Positions 24,886-38,415 of a stretch of DNA of 64,000 bases are shown in pieces (position 1 is the stretch's first letter; each line of letters opens with the position of its first letter). Location of the stretch: positions 9,878,461-9,942,460 of the forward strand of contig CM082596.2 in assembly GCA_040954595.2 (NCBI GenBank). The letters are read 5' to 3'. Both the position numbers and the translations under genes were made by a program. This DNA comes from Balanoglossus misakiensis (lineage: Eukaryota > Animalia > Hemichordata). The notes beneath the pieces are model-generated. The model worked only from the letters and a program-made list of their open reading frames with translations. It was not told the origin of the DNA and did not search any database.

Positions 24886-27800
24886 TTCAGCCCAATGCAA
24901 TGATGACAACAACAATTGCTTGCCTTCAGACACAAATATTTATTGCATATATTATCAGCGAATAAAGGGAAATGGTTTTGAAGTTACAGTTGGCATTTTG
25001 CATTTTCGAAATGTCTACTTATATCCCAGGCCACGATACGGAGAAAAAAATAAAAATACACCAGCTGAGCTCCTCACACGTACATAGTCATGTATGGTAA
25101 ACCTGGCATTCTGTCCATATGGGACCTACATTTGTAGGCGATTGATCGATGTTGTGTCGAAATCAGGCCAGTAATTAAGTTAAAACTTGGTTAATACGTT
25201 ACCTTAGGGTGTTATACATTATCCAGTAACTGTTTTACTTAAGAATTGCCTTTCAAAAGCTGTTTACCCACGGTAAACGTATCGTTTCACGATCAACGCA
25301 ACACTTCTGTATTTACAAGTCTAACATGGAGCCGGAGAGGTCAACGTATACTTCCGGGTCATATCGTCGAACGACATTGATTATTTTTAAGCGGACTGTT
25401 ACAAAAGCATTTCGAATTAATTTCTTTTCACGGATGTTCGGACCGATATTAGACCTCTCTGTCAGGAAAGTTTGGTTAACTTCCGAGGTCGTTTTCAATG
25501 ATTTTTGAAACGTTTGTGGACGTCTCTTTAGGGGTCACCAACATACCACCGAAAACACGTTAAAAACTTCTACTACTATTAAGGACAGATTTTCATAAAA
25601 TTTACGTCTGCAGTGAAAAATGGGAATCACTTTCGTAATTTATCCAGCTAACATGGTTTTTTATTGCACAACAGAGTTGCAGACCAGGATTTAAGTTGCA
25701 CAGAATTCAACATACATGTGTTGGTGAGTATCTACAATTTGGAGAGAAAGTAAGATGTATGGGTTTGTACAATGTAAGTGTCTTATACATGTATATTTGA
25801 CACTGAAATCATATATTGTACAATCAGTCATTGGTAAATGTCTGCTATTCATGACACAAATAAAAAAACAGTCAAACCTGTGTGAGTGGCCACCTCTATT
25901 AGGCAGCCACCTCTATATAGTGGCCACTTTATTCTAGTCCCTATGCAATTTACATCTACATTAATTGACTTTTCTACAAGGTATAATTTCTACAAGGTAT
26001 AATGGCCACCTATCTATAAAGGCCAGTTTAGAAAAGTCCCTTCACTAGCCACAATAGACACTTGTGTTGATTTCTGTATGTTTTACATGTAACACAATCA
26101 GGACATTTTTCATAAAGAGGGCAGCCTTCCAAAATAAAGTGTCATCTCAATGCAGACAATGTGAAAAAGGCGGTCAGTAGAGTACTGCTCGAGCTCATCT
26201 AGTTTGTTGTATACATGATACATGTACAAGTTGTGTGTAAAACTGACCTTACAATAAAATGTGGCTGTCCAAGTACATAAGTTTCAACTATAGTGTTGAT
26301 ACAAAAGACAATCAAGTTTTTACTTTGTGACCAACTTGCCTCGTGTTCGTGTCGTGGAAGGGTAACATGACTGCATAGCAATGTTTTATTAAAATTTTCT
26401 ACATAGAGAAATGGACTACTGGGAACTATGTAAATGATGCCCTGAGCCTAAAAATTCTGACTGTCTGCAATTATAGTTTTAGCATTTTTGTTCAATTGCA
26501 CTTTCAAGTACAGTCAAACCCGTCTAACAACAAAGGGACTGAAGAAATTGTTCAGATTGCAGGTGTCCAATTTAAAGAGGTTCTTTCAACATGTGGTTCT
26601 ATGTCAAAAGGTTTGAACAATGTCTTTGAAATAGACATGTTTCCAGATTAGACAGGGTTCGGTTGAGACAGGTTTTACTGTATTTTGATACATGCTCTGG
26701 CTTAACCCTTTCACCAACATGATTCAGTCTAAACCCTTTATTTTCTATGGTAAGGCTGGATCTTTAAAGAGGAAACTGTTTTTTTTCTGGGAATCTCTTT
26801 ATTTCTTCTGTCACAAAAATTGCATGGGAGTTCTAATTCTAAAAGGAAAACTGATTTCATAAAAGATCTCAAAGTCAAGTTTTGGATGTGGCTCCATTTC
26901 AAGTATTGTAGGTGACTAGTTTTCCGGAGTTCAAGTCTTTATACTTGCAGTAGAGTTGGTCACATGTACTTGGGTAATCTGAGTGTGGTCAGAAATTGAA
27001 CTTACACACATTGAGTTGAGTTAAGAATATGTCTGGTGTATTACTGTAATATGACTAGATACAGCAAATGCATTAACTATAAGTGTATGTTAAAATACAC
27101 AGTTTCCATGGACAAATCTGAGTGATGAAATTAAATACACATGTTCATTAAATCCCACCATGATAGAGCGCCCCCACTGTTCAGAATGTCCATTTTGAAG
27201 TCCTACATATATGATGTCATGCCTAGCTGTCAATGTTAACTGATGTGTACTTGTACTACTAGTAAATGGAAGTACTTTAAAGTAAAGCTCAGATGCAAGG
27301 TTTTGTAAAATAAATATAATATTAAAACGTTGCCATCATTTTAGCCATTTTGAACAGCGGTCCAATTGACTAATGTGATCACTCTGTATGCGGCATATGG
27401 CATATTAAGCATTTAGTATTTTTCAATCAGAAGCCGTTAATCCTGTGATTAATTCTGCTTCTTGCAGCATTGATTTTAAATCACCACACATGAATAATTT
27501 TGTCCAAAGGACTGCGGTGCCCAAGTGTTTATGATAAGATAAACAAACGGTGAAATTCACTGAAGAAGTGAGCGAGCACTTGCCCATTCATTGTTCAATG
27601 AAAGGTGACCACCAAAACAAAAGTATTGAGAAAATAACCCGAAGTTGGAGTTACTGAGTTTTAAATTGATTTCAAGTGAAAAGCTTGGATTGGCTGAAGC
27701 TCCTGTAGTCAGTTACCTGTAGGTAGATTGACACACATGACAATGTTTGACTGTTTACACTTTTCTTTGTTTGATCTTTCAGAGGAATATTCAAGCACTG

Positions 27801-28337
27801 CAGAAGAATCTAGAGATGGCACAGAAAAAAAGAACTTGAATTGAAACAACAGCAAGATCAACATGCCAGACAAAGTCCACTCATAGCACTAAGACAACAA
27901 CATCAACAACAACAGCAATTACAAAGGTTACAACAACAGAGAGCCCAACAACAACAACAACAACAAGCAGTGCAAGCACAGCCATCCAATATACAATCAA
28001 CAAATCAACAACTAAGTCACCTCTTACAAGTAAGTTGTCATAATAATGTGTACAGTGAATATTTTGAAAACCAAGACTGGTACCAGTGGCACTTCTGGGA
28101 ATTGTTATGTGGGGAAAAATAAAATCAGTTTTCTCAAAAAGGAGCTTTCTTGATGGTACAAATAACATTGGTCTGTGCCATTCCCAAAATTATTTTAATG
28201 TATTGAAGACCTGAAAGTCACACAGAATAAATTCAATGCACTATTTGCCCAACATGACAACTTTTCCCCACACAGATTTAGACGTGGTGGGTATGGCCGA
28301 TTTGCCTCAAATCGGCCATACACACCACATCTATTAA

Positions 28338-29835
28338 CACTTTCACTGCGTAGTTAATATATGCTAATGTATTCCTGTGCGTAGTTTCTTATGGTAAATT
28401 TAACTAATAAACAATGTTTTACTTTACCCTCTCTATCTCTTGTAATATGAAAGTATATGCAATGATATTTCCAGCAAGTATATTTTATAAGACAACCAAC
28501 ATAATAAAACTGAAAAATGGTCACATGACCATTAATTGGTCATGTGACACTGGCAGCCATAATGGATTTCTGTCGAAATATGGTAAAAACAACAGATATT
28601 GTAATATAAGTGACTGAAATACTGTATTTAATTCATTGTATCACAGCTGACAGACAAACATAGTCAAAAACAACTTCCCCCTGTATAAAAGGGAATAACA
28701 AGTGACTTTTGAGCAAGAAATTTGATCAAATTTATTAATGGACCATAAAAACAATTATCAAATCATGCCCACCATTTACATGTATACATGTTTAAAATCT
28801 GAGAAAGAAATATAGATTATTAGTGAAAAGGTGAATGATTGAACTTGTAAATAAATAATAATAATAAAATAAATTAATTAAGTAATTTATTAAATACTCT
28901 ACGTTTTAATGAATTGCAAGTTGAAGAAATCAAGGTTGGTAAATATGAATATACACACATTTAAAAAAAATTCATTAGCATAGTACTGTTTTGGCAATTC
29001 ATTTCAAATGGATATAATACTCTGACAACATAGACTTCTGGCAAAGTCCCATCAAGATTTGCAAAGAAACCTACGCCTTCATTTAATTCAGTGAAGTAGG
29101 CATCTAGCGAAATCTTGACCGTAAGGGCAACTCATCAATTGCAGGGTTGTCAAAAAATTGTGCGGTGTACATATCAGTTTGCTCTGACAATGACATCAAC
29201 TCAAACACATCACCAGGAAAGAACAGCTGAAAAAAGTCAACCGGTGCAAAGTCATCAGTGTCAACTAATAAACCTTAGCGACGATCGTATACAGACAACC
29301 AGTCCGGTGTGTAATTGTCATTTACGTCATACAAAACCCACCGCGTGTCACCATCAACGTTACGACGTCCGAGAACATGACAAAAACCCTCCCTCTCTCT
29401 CTGTCTCTACTCTGTTGTCTCCGTGTCTGGCTTCTATTTCTGGTTCTATGATGTTGTTGTCCGTAATTTGGCTTCCGCTATCGCTATGATCGCTGTCACT
29501 ATCCTGAAAGACTTATTCAAGAACTTCGTCGGCATCAAACTTTGCCCATGTCGCCATTTTTAAATACCAAGTGAATGAAAAAATATGATCGGGGCGACCT
29601 AAAATCAGCTGTTTAAGGAAACCCTTTGATGACAAAATCGACTTGATTGTTTACAATACATATGCGCATGCTCAATTAGGGTTGACCCCTGTCCTATATA
29701 TAGTCATACAAAATGAGTAAATAAGCAACGAACATAAAATAGAACAGACCAAGTAACGGACGCGATCTTGGCGCATTTATGCGCCTCCCGCATTCTGACT
29801 GCCGGCGCAGAAAATGCCCTCCCGCAGCGAAAGTG
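28338..29835 (-). mobile_element. Internally deleted piggyBac-like element with transposase N-terminal remnant
   Basis: TTAA|cactttcactgcg ... cgcagcgaaagtg|TTAA. The minus strand from ~29557 reads MATWAKFDADEVLE*VFQDSDSDHSDSGS, like the acidic N-termini of piggyBac transposases. Confidence 0.75.
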
Positions 29836-30589
29836 TTAATATTCATGAGTTTACTTTTCTTGTTTACGTACACTACTATACCAATTGGAAATCTAGAGAA
29901 TGTCTATTTCATCAAGTTGACAACCCCCACATGTGTAAGTCATGTACATAAACAAAAATAGTCTGGTGTGTGGAGCCTCCTCCCTTTTTGAAATACTTTT
30001 TTATGCAATCAGTCCAAACTCATGATCAGTCCAACCTGTTCAGTTTTAGTGTGGGGAAAAGCTGGAATGAAAGCAGACCTAAATTACAGACAACGAAATA
30101 CAACAAATCTTGTCTCATTCTTATTTTCAATTCCTCTAGTTTTTCCATGGTACCAGTGTGGAAGCACTGATGATAAACTGTGGCAGACAGTTTTAAATGA
30201 CGACAATCATCTTACTCTTATGTACATATGCGTTAATTTTGTGTGTACAAAATAACGTCCAATCCAAATATCTGCAAATTTTATGTGCGTGCATTCATAT
30301 AGTGGACTGCCTTCGCTTCCTTCTATATTTCTTGCACGCCATATAAGAAGAATTTAGTTTTGACTCTTGTTTTCACTCAATTTGCTGTCTTTTCCTAATC
30401 TATGACACAGACTATGGTTGCCGCCACCTTGTCTGTTGTTAAGACAGCACTTGTGGCATAGATAAAAAAATTATAACTAGAGTCTCTGCTTTGGCAAGTG
30501 TGCGTTAGACGATCAATACCCTTTAACAAAACTCTGCTTAGAATTCAAATCATATTCTTTTCAAAATGTCAGCATCTGATTACATAGTG

Positions 30590-30870
30590 AATTAAAGCTG
30601 CAAGCAGTGTTCACTAGGCCCAAGCAATTCCCAGGGTTCCTACAGAATGCCAAGGATTATCTGCTGTGGATACCCACAATTTTGTCAAAAAGTTTTGATC
30701 CTAAACTGATCTATGTCCTACAAAATCGAAACTTCTAGATCTATTGGTTAGCCTAGAATTAGGAGTGTACATAATTAATTAGGTCAACGGGGGTCCTGAA
30801 ACTAACCATCAAATTTTAGACACAGCTTAAATCAATTTCCCATTGTACAGTTACTATATGCCGCCCTAAA
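30590..30870 (-). mobile_element. 3' fragment of the HINE-like family seen at 52-56 kb, opposite orientation
   Basis: aattaaagctgcaagcagtgttcactaggcccaagc is the reverse complement of the family 3' end gcttgggcc...tgctgcttgcagctttaatt. Confidence 0.65.
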
Positions 30871-31962
30871 TTTCAGTCTGATTGACAAATGTGAAGAAAA
30901 TTAAAAAGAGATGTCGTCTGATACATTGCCATTTTCTGTGAAGTGACTTTAAAAGAAAACTGTTTTGTTTGTATTCAACTGCAGCAGCAACAACAAGCCA
31001 GCAGAACACAAGCAACCATTCCACCACCAAAACAACAAACAGCAGCAACAAAACAAACATGGCAACAACAACAACAACAGCAGCAGTTATCACAACAACA
31101 ACAACAGCTGTAACTAGGACAACAGCCAAGGCCGCGACCAAAGGTACCTCAGATGGGCTTGGCACCCAGCTTGCAACAAACACAGCAACAATCAAGTAGT
31201 ACTCTGCTGGCTGATGACCGGAGATTTTTTGATATTCTGAATCAATAAATTTATACAGGAAACTGACTATAATGAACAGGAGACTGTTCATGCCTTTATT
31301 ACCATTGTAACTTCTATATACTAAATGAAACACAGATGCCCAAAGAAATGTCAAAAATTTCTCAAGGTATGCGGGAATTTTCAAATATTCCAGACAGTCG
31401 AGTGTTGGGGATTTGGAATATTTATCACTCTCATTTACTGTATACAGACATATCCATTCCAAAGCTATCACCTCCACTCATTCTTCAGTGTTCCTTGATT
31501 TAAAAAAAAATAATTTCGAAACAGATCAAATAACACGAAATTGTTATTCCAGTGTAGTAACAGAATATACTCGGTCTGTACTAATTCTTGCATTAGCTTT
31601 ACATTGTTTCCATCACAATGCCCTATTTCAATATAACCATATTTGTATGCCGGGCAGATGTAACTAGTTGTCAGTGTCTATTGTAATACAAAGTCTGCCA
31701 TACACAAAGAACTGTGCATTGTCTTCTGGTGTGAAAAAAAGATACTTAGGATGTATGTAAAATGGGAAATTTTCATGAGAGATAAATTCGCCCGAATCAT
31801 GCAAGTGCTAAAAAAACACGAAAACTAAAAAGTCGCGTAAACATGTTTTTCAGAAATAATGATGAATTGAAATTCGAGAATGCGATAATTAATCGTTGCA
31901 TAACAGTTGCCACATTTGATATTATGAAAATTTCCCGTTGCGAAAATTTCATGTTTTACAGT

Positions 31963-32335
31963 ATATAGCCATATTTTTTCCACTTCCAAAACTAACATCA
32001 AGAGTCATGCATGCCACTGGCCCAATAAAGCCTGATAGCTCTTGCTGGGAATTGTGATGTAACTAGCATCCCCCTTAAAGTCACTGACATTAACTGAACA
32101 ATGGCGATTGTGTGTAAGGTTATAGTAAAGGCAAGGCTAATTTAAATTTAAAATGGTACCAATCCTTAATCACACATATGTATCCTTTGACCAATCATTG
32201 GAAAAACAAAGTCCGTGATTGACTTCAAAGGGATGCTAATTACATCACGATTCCCTGCAAGGGATATTATGCTTTATTTGGCCAGTGGCATGCATAGTTT
32301 TTTGAAAGCAAAGCAGATAAAATACAGCTATATAC
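31963..32335. repeat. Palindromic foldback element
   Basis: atgcatgccactggcccaataaagc...atgtaactagcatccc is mirrored by gggatgctaattacat...gctttatttggccagtggcatgcat; tatatagc/gctatata outer ends. Confidence 0.7.
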
Positions 32336-34309
32336 TAGACTAATACCTTATTAACTCCTGATCATTGGAGAATGTATCTCTAAAGTTACTCTCTATCGCT
32401 CCCTCAGGGAAGAGAGCAGTAGACAGCTCTTTGAGTGTCAGAACTTCCAGTTGTATACCAATCATTTGTATTACCCAATCACAGACTTTGTGTTATTGGT
32501 CATTTATCTATCCAATTGAAACTCATGTGTTCATTGGAGCATTACACCAAAGAAGTCACACTATAACAGTGACAATACAACACTTGCAAAAACATGGATT
32601 GCTCAGGTCAGCCTATCTGGTTCCAGATTATCTGTGACCCAACTAATGCAGCTATAATGAATGTGTTTGGTTATATACAGAGATTTGTAGATTGTATAAG
32701 ACGTGTTAATATCACACTCTAGCATGGGGCAATGTATATTTATCTTGTGAAAGCCACAAAGTCACTAGCTCTTGATGTTCATTTTCTATTTTTGTTGTTG
32801 AATAATTTATTATGAAATTAGATTGAAGCTGAACTCACGACATATGTGTGGACATAACACGTTTATACGTCCATGTCATAATTTTTGTTAAAGCCAAACA
32901 ATTAAATATCACCATTATAACAAAATTAACAACAATGTAACCCCGGGGCTGTCACTTTTTTGAATGGATACCGATCCAGAGTTAATGTTTCATTGGAAAG
33001 TCTAACAGTGTTTTGAAATGTCACATTGTAATTTGAAAGTTTGGGCTTGGGCAGTGACAATGACATTGTTTGTGTACACAATTTGAAATGGAGCTCTATG
33101 AAAAGAGAAAAGTGGTGTGTGGAAAAGAATGAAGTCTTTGGGCTTATATCAGGTGCCTTCATTTGACTCTCAAGGAGAGTTTTGTAAAACAATTAACTTG
33201 TTGTGTGTCAGCATTATTGGGAAAGATTAAGCACACACATGTATACAGGTTAGATTATAATGGAAAATCACCATCAGCCTTTTTTCTTAGCACTCTCACC
33301 TTTCACCCCCAGTTCCCTGTGTAGACATCCAACTTTTCCAACAGAAACAATGGATTTGGACAGAACCATTAGTTCATTTGAATACCGGTATGTATGTAAT
33401 ATGTGTATTTATAACATACATCATGCTAACACTGTGTCATGATTCACCAGAATCCGTCACGTGATAAGAAAATAGAATCGACTATGAATCCTCTAGGGAA
33501 ATAGCGGAAAATATATAAACTGGTCACGTGACCAACAGGATATAAAAGAATCCCATGCATATACTTTGTCAGTTCACCTCTGTAGCCAGACTGGCCATAC
33601 GTATGAACTGATGATGTCCCTGTTATAGACATATGTCTTGTGAAACATATAAACCACTTTGGTGTGTTTTGTGTTTGGTGAACAGCGTGACAAGCATGTT
33701 AGAATCAAACTATTACATGCATGTTAAGAAATATAGTCTGTTATATGGAAGTGACCATAGTTGCCATATTATTAAAATCACATTTTTAATATCAATATTC
33801 ACATGTCATTGCTTTCTACGTTTCTTGAATTTCCTATCATTTTATGTTAACAAAAACAAGAGCCTTCTGTGACAACTTTCGAAAATATTTCATGTAATCA
33901 GCCATTCATTTTATGTGTGTGTGAATAATGACCCCATGAGGCTGTAGAATCATGTATAGTGCTGAAGGGGACGCCATCCATAGCTTTCATATTGCATAAG
34001 ATGCTAAGTTGGTATTTTCCACATATTGCTTTTTTGTACTGAGAGTTCTGTATGTTACGCAGTCCTTAAGAAGAGCTTTTGACAAACATTTCATTGTACT
34101 TTCAAGACTGCTACAGTATTTAGATATTATATGCAGTATTAGGAAGAAATATCTTTAATATTTTTATTCTAACAATTTTCCCATCATGCTAAACAAGTAG
34201 ACAGAAATGTCATGTTAGGATTTTTGCATACATAAAATAAATATTCTGACAAAATAAGTGCTTTTGTCTGTCTCTTTGATTTCAGGTGAGGATCAGTATT
34301 TGTTGTTGC

Positions 34310-37300
34310 TTTTTCCAGCGTAGATTCCAATCAGAAGACAATTGTGATGAACAGTATGTTCTGTTTGATTGGGACCTTATGAGATTGGTTGCATCTGTAT
34401 GGATGTATGGGTGTATGTCCGTCCACATCAAAAACTTGAAAACCGCTGCGCGTACAACCTCGATATTTGTTGTGTAGATGCATACCGGGCTGTAGATGGG
34501 AGTTTGTTCAAACAAAGTTGTCATTGCCCAAAATATGTAAATTATCAGGGAAAAACCTAAATTTGGTCAAAACTCAGAAAATCAACAACCACTGGTCATA
34601 ATGATTCTGTATGTTTTGAGCTAATACTGTGAATTTTCCATTTTTTATGCATATTTTGTCTTTTTCCACATATTTGGTAATAAAACCTACTTTCTGGAAT
34701 TAATCAGCCCACCGCTTTGAAATTTAGTATGGAGCTTCATATAGGTGATCTGAGATACTAAAGTTTTGTTTAAATTGCTGCAAAATTTGCATAATTATAA
34801 TTTTGGAGCAATTTTTACATTTTTGATCATTTTTTTCCTGTAAAACCGCTCGTAAGATCGCTTTGGAAATTTGCATGCATGTTCAAATCAACTTGAAGAA
34901 TTCAATAGTATATTTTTGTGGTGATTTTAACCATTTTTGTTCAAAATTCATTCTCAGAACCCTCTACTCCATTGCTTTCAAATTTGATTTAAAGGTTCCT
35001 TCCTGAGTTGTCATGATAATTTACAAAACCAATGATGAAAGTGTCAATCTTTTGTGTGGGCAATATCTTGTATTTTGGGGGCATATTTTCCAATTTTGAA
35101 AAATTATATTTCCCAGAAAGTGTAAGGCTGATTACTTTAAAATTTAAGTTAATAGGATTGGCTTATTTAGAATTATAATGGAATCAAATTATAGGTAATT
35201 CAAAACTTTTATATTTTGTAGGATATTTTGTTTTATCATACATGCAACGCCCGTATTTGGCACTTTCTATTGTTCTCGTCCCGAAGATATTTTACGGTAT
35301 TACACTGAGTGCAATATATCTTCACTCCGCGTCTCGAACTATTTTTGAGAACGCTCGGCACGACAGTTCGCTGCGCGTGCGAGCGACGTACGGGGCATAG
35401 GACGCTAGTGGAGAGCAGTGTTGTAAAATTCGGTTATTAGAAGCTATAATAATGTTTTCAAAGTTGGCTGTTTTGCCATGTTGAATGTATCATTTTTACT
35501 TCTTCGAAATTCTCAATGCAAAATAATTGTTAACATGATAGTTTGAAAGAGAACGTAGACAATTTTATTTTGAATGCGGATGTGCCCATCGTAGTGAAAG
35601 CTGCCAACCCCCTTAAAATGATACTACGGCCCACACGTCATATGTCACAACATGGCTACTGCCGTGATCCCAGGGCGCCTGTTCAAATTTGAAATTGTTT
35701 TTCTCGGCGCATTTTCGCAAATCGTACTGTTTTATAGGTAGGCATGTATGATAAAGGGGTTATTACACGAATTTTGGTCGATAACGCGACGCATTCTCGT
35801 GATGTCCGTATTTTGATGAGTTGCAAAGCAACGAGTCAAAATACGGACCCCTAAATATACAACAAAACATTTTATCTCCGCGACCAGCTGTTCAATTTGG
35901 TGCATGGACAGTGTTGGACTCTTGATCTGTCTATGTTTAGAAAATTTGATGAAATTCATGATGACTTGGATTGAATTGAATCAATGTTTATTCGCTCTAG
36001 GAACACTTTATTGACTACAAACTTTTGTTTTGTTGTTTGTTGGATGGGTAAAATTTAAGACCTCTCGGCCAACGCGGAGCAGAGTTTAATTAGTTTTGAA
36101 GTTGTGAAAATCGACGAAACAGAGCGAAAAAACGGCAATTTGCGCTGTCGGCACATTTCTTCTGCCTCGATTTATCGACACCAGGACCTCCCCCCCCCCC
36201 CAAAAAAAAATATATCAATTATGGATCATCAAATAACTAGACTGCATCGTCCATGAAATCAAACTCGACGACAAAAAAACTTCGCCGATTCCGAGGTAAA
36301 CGCATCCCGACAGGATAAGAACTCCGCTATGTGACATCATCTGATTTCTCTGTAAACATTGGTTGGTCGTTACTTCGGGAACGGCACTTAATCTTCTCGG
36401 TTGGGCCTTTAATTTCCATGTCCCCGGTCGATTCGGCCAAGACGCAAACCGATTCTTCACTTTGCAGTTCAGTAAAGTTGGCGAACGGGATAGTCTGTTA
36501 ATGGTGAATGCAGGCCTGTACGCAGTGCTAGCGAACGGGACAAATTGACATAATAAAAGCGAGTGTTGTCAGATTAGTGGGACTGTCATATCATGAACAC
36601 AATACGGGAGGCGTGATAAGGGCATTATAAAGAGCGAGCGTGAAACTGACATGGAAACGATCGACAGTACGGTACAGCACAGTGGCTGTGGGTAGAGCGA
36701 GCATGTTGCTGTGCCGAACACATTTACCATGTTTGTTAAATACAAAACACACCGACTTGACCTGCGGCCGCAGCTGCAGCTTCCTAACGCGCCCTAATCC
36801 AAGCAGTTTACGATCTCGTGGATCGTGGTTGGACTGACAAAATGACCCAGAAAGAGAACCACATTAGGAAGTATTATAGGTCTGTTTCCTCAAAGTCCAA
36901 TAAGTGCAAAACTTAACGCACATCAAAATGTTGCCCAGACAACGGTAGTTAGCAGTTTGCTTGCTCGGTTTGAAATGCGCGGCTGTGGTAGAAAATTACC
37001 CCCTGTTCTTTGGGACGTGAGCCACCCCCCTGAGACAATGGTGCACTCACACTCGAGAACATAGGTTTGCTATTTGCATATACAAATGGAATATTCCTTC
37101 GAATGCGAGCATGTTCCAGTGCGTTCTAAAATAATAAAATATGCAGCTATAGCATGTATGCATATTCATTGGTGTGTCGTAATGCTAACTTTGGTCTGTG
37201 ATTGGGTAACAAGTCCCACTCTCCATAACAACAGGTGATCATTGACCCGTTTCCGGTGTGCGACGTCGGGTTTCAAGCACTTTCCTTCTTACTGCCGCGG

Positions 37301-38415
37301 GATCAAGATGTCTTTTCGGTAGGCTCATAATCCAGTCATTGCTTTTAGTACCATAGCCTGTATAGCTACGTTACCGTCGCTCGATTGTTTTGTCTGGTAT
37401 TAGGTGATTTGCAGCTATCCGTTCAACACCTTGTAGTTGAACAGAAGTAGGTCTTATTCCAGAAAAAAATCCGAGCTACGGGCGTGCAGCTAGCCATGCC
37501 TCTCGGCCATTCTGTGTATGGCTTCGCTGCTGACCCTGAGGTCATAATCGAGAAAGTCTAGTCATATTCATAGGGCTATACTCTGTGAGAATTTTATTGC
37601 TAGGCCTCTTGCCTAAGCGCACGTAGAGCCAGTGTTTGCATTTTTTTTAATTTTACGGTTTAAACGTGGTTGGTGTATTTTCGCTTTTCTGTTTGTTTTT
37701 TCGTAACATTTTACTGTTTACATGTTGTTGGCGTATTTTCGTTTTTCTGGTGTGATTTCCACCTCACTGTTGGCATACTTAAACAATTATCCTAATTTTT
37801 ATTGGGCAAACCGATAAAACCAGAACCACCACAAGTAAAGAAAATTGTAATCTGTTTGGTGATAACCCTTTTAGCTTTGAAAGATAACCGATTTGATGTT
37901 TTAGTAAAACCAAATTTTTGACCAGGGTGACAAGCATTTTTTTCTCCAAGAGTCGTGTTGCTTTGAAGCATACATTTGGATATATGGTCCCATTTGATGA
38001 AAACCTGGTTGATGAAAAATGTGCATATTTATAATTTTGTAGAATTTTTTGTCTTTTTTGGTCCAAAATTGTTTTATCTAAAACTGCTTGTCAGATTGCT
38101 TTCAAATTTTGCAGGGTTGTTCCTTGGGAATAATTAAGTGAGATGTTTTAGAAAAATACTTGAAATTTGCATATTTGCGTTTTTGTGTGTGATAGTTTTG
38201 GAATTTTTTATTAAAAATTATTTTCTTTCAAACTGATTGTCAGATTGCCTTGAGCTTTGGTAGGCATGTTCCCTGAAGCGATTGACGTAAGATATTGTAC
38301 AATTTTGGTGAAAATACTGATTTTTCTGAAACTGCATATGGGATTGCTTTGAAATTTGATAGGATTATTGCAATGGGTAACCCAAGTTTTGTCTGATTGT
38401 GTTGATTTCCCTATA
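34310..38415 (+). mobile_element. Old Helitron/Helentron-type non-autonomous element interrupted by CpG-rich insertions (~35232-37900)
   Basis: 5' (tgta/gtcc) microsatellite and a body of degenerate repeats gctttgaaattt..tatg at 34.7-35.2 kb that resumes at 37.9-38.4 kb; inner inverted pair atcatacatgc/gcatgtatgat at 35235/35742. Confidence 0.4.

Larger units (their letters stand above)
21988..25723 (+). pseudogene. Second copy of the cbEGF gene fragment: intact exon 21988-22110, truncated exon 24512-24548, 3' half exon 25676-25723
   Basis: DMNECHSGGNACQHYCQNTHGSYCCACRQGFNVLEDGHACA (123 nt, open); the next exon breaks after DVNECMERADLCE; the third exon is absent. Confidence 0.8.
27783..31248 (+). 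pseudogene. Last two exons (27783-28029, 30985-31248) of a Gln-rich gene, possibly Mediator subunit MED25; disrupted
   Basis: Phase-0 exons RNIQALQKNLEMAQKK/ELELKQQQ...STNQQLSHLLQ|QQQQASRT...QQL*LGQQPRPRP...STLLADDRRFFDILNQ*. Extra A in an A7 run (~27825) and TAA at 31111. The LxxLL box and acidic-hydrophobic tail recall MED25 (recognised from memory only). Confidence 0.5.

Noticed and set aside
30866-31477. 203-aa hydrophobic minus-strand ORF, and the Thr-rich ORF at 30969
   Set aside because: Antisense and alternate-frame readings of the CAA/CAG-rich exon.
33291-33388. Apparent AG/GT-bounded exon
   Set aside because: It is the reverse complement of a short dispersed repeat also seen at ~9995-10070 and ~26702-26775.
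35900-37780. CpG-island promoter or first exon of a host gene
   Set aside because: No convincing ORF or exon, and it sits inside an interrupted repeat, so TE interior is more likely; termini could not be defined.
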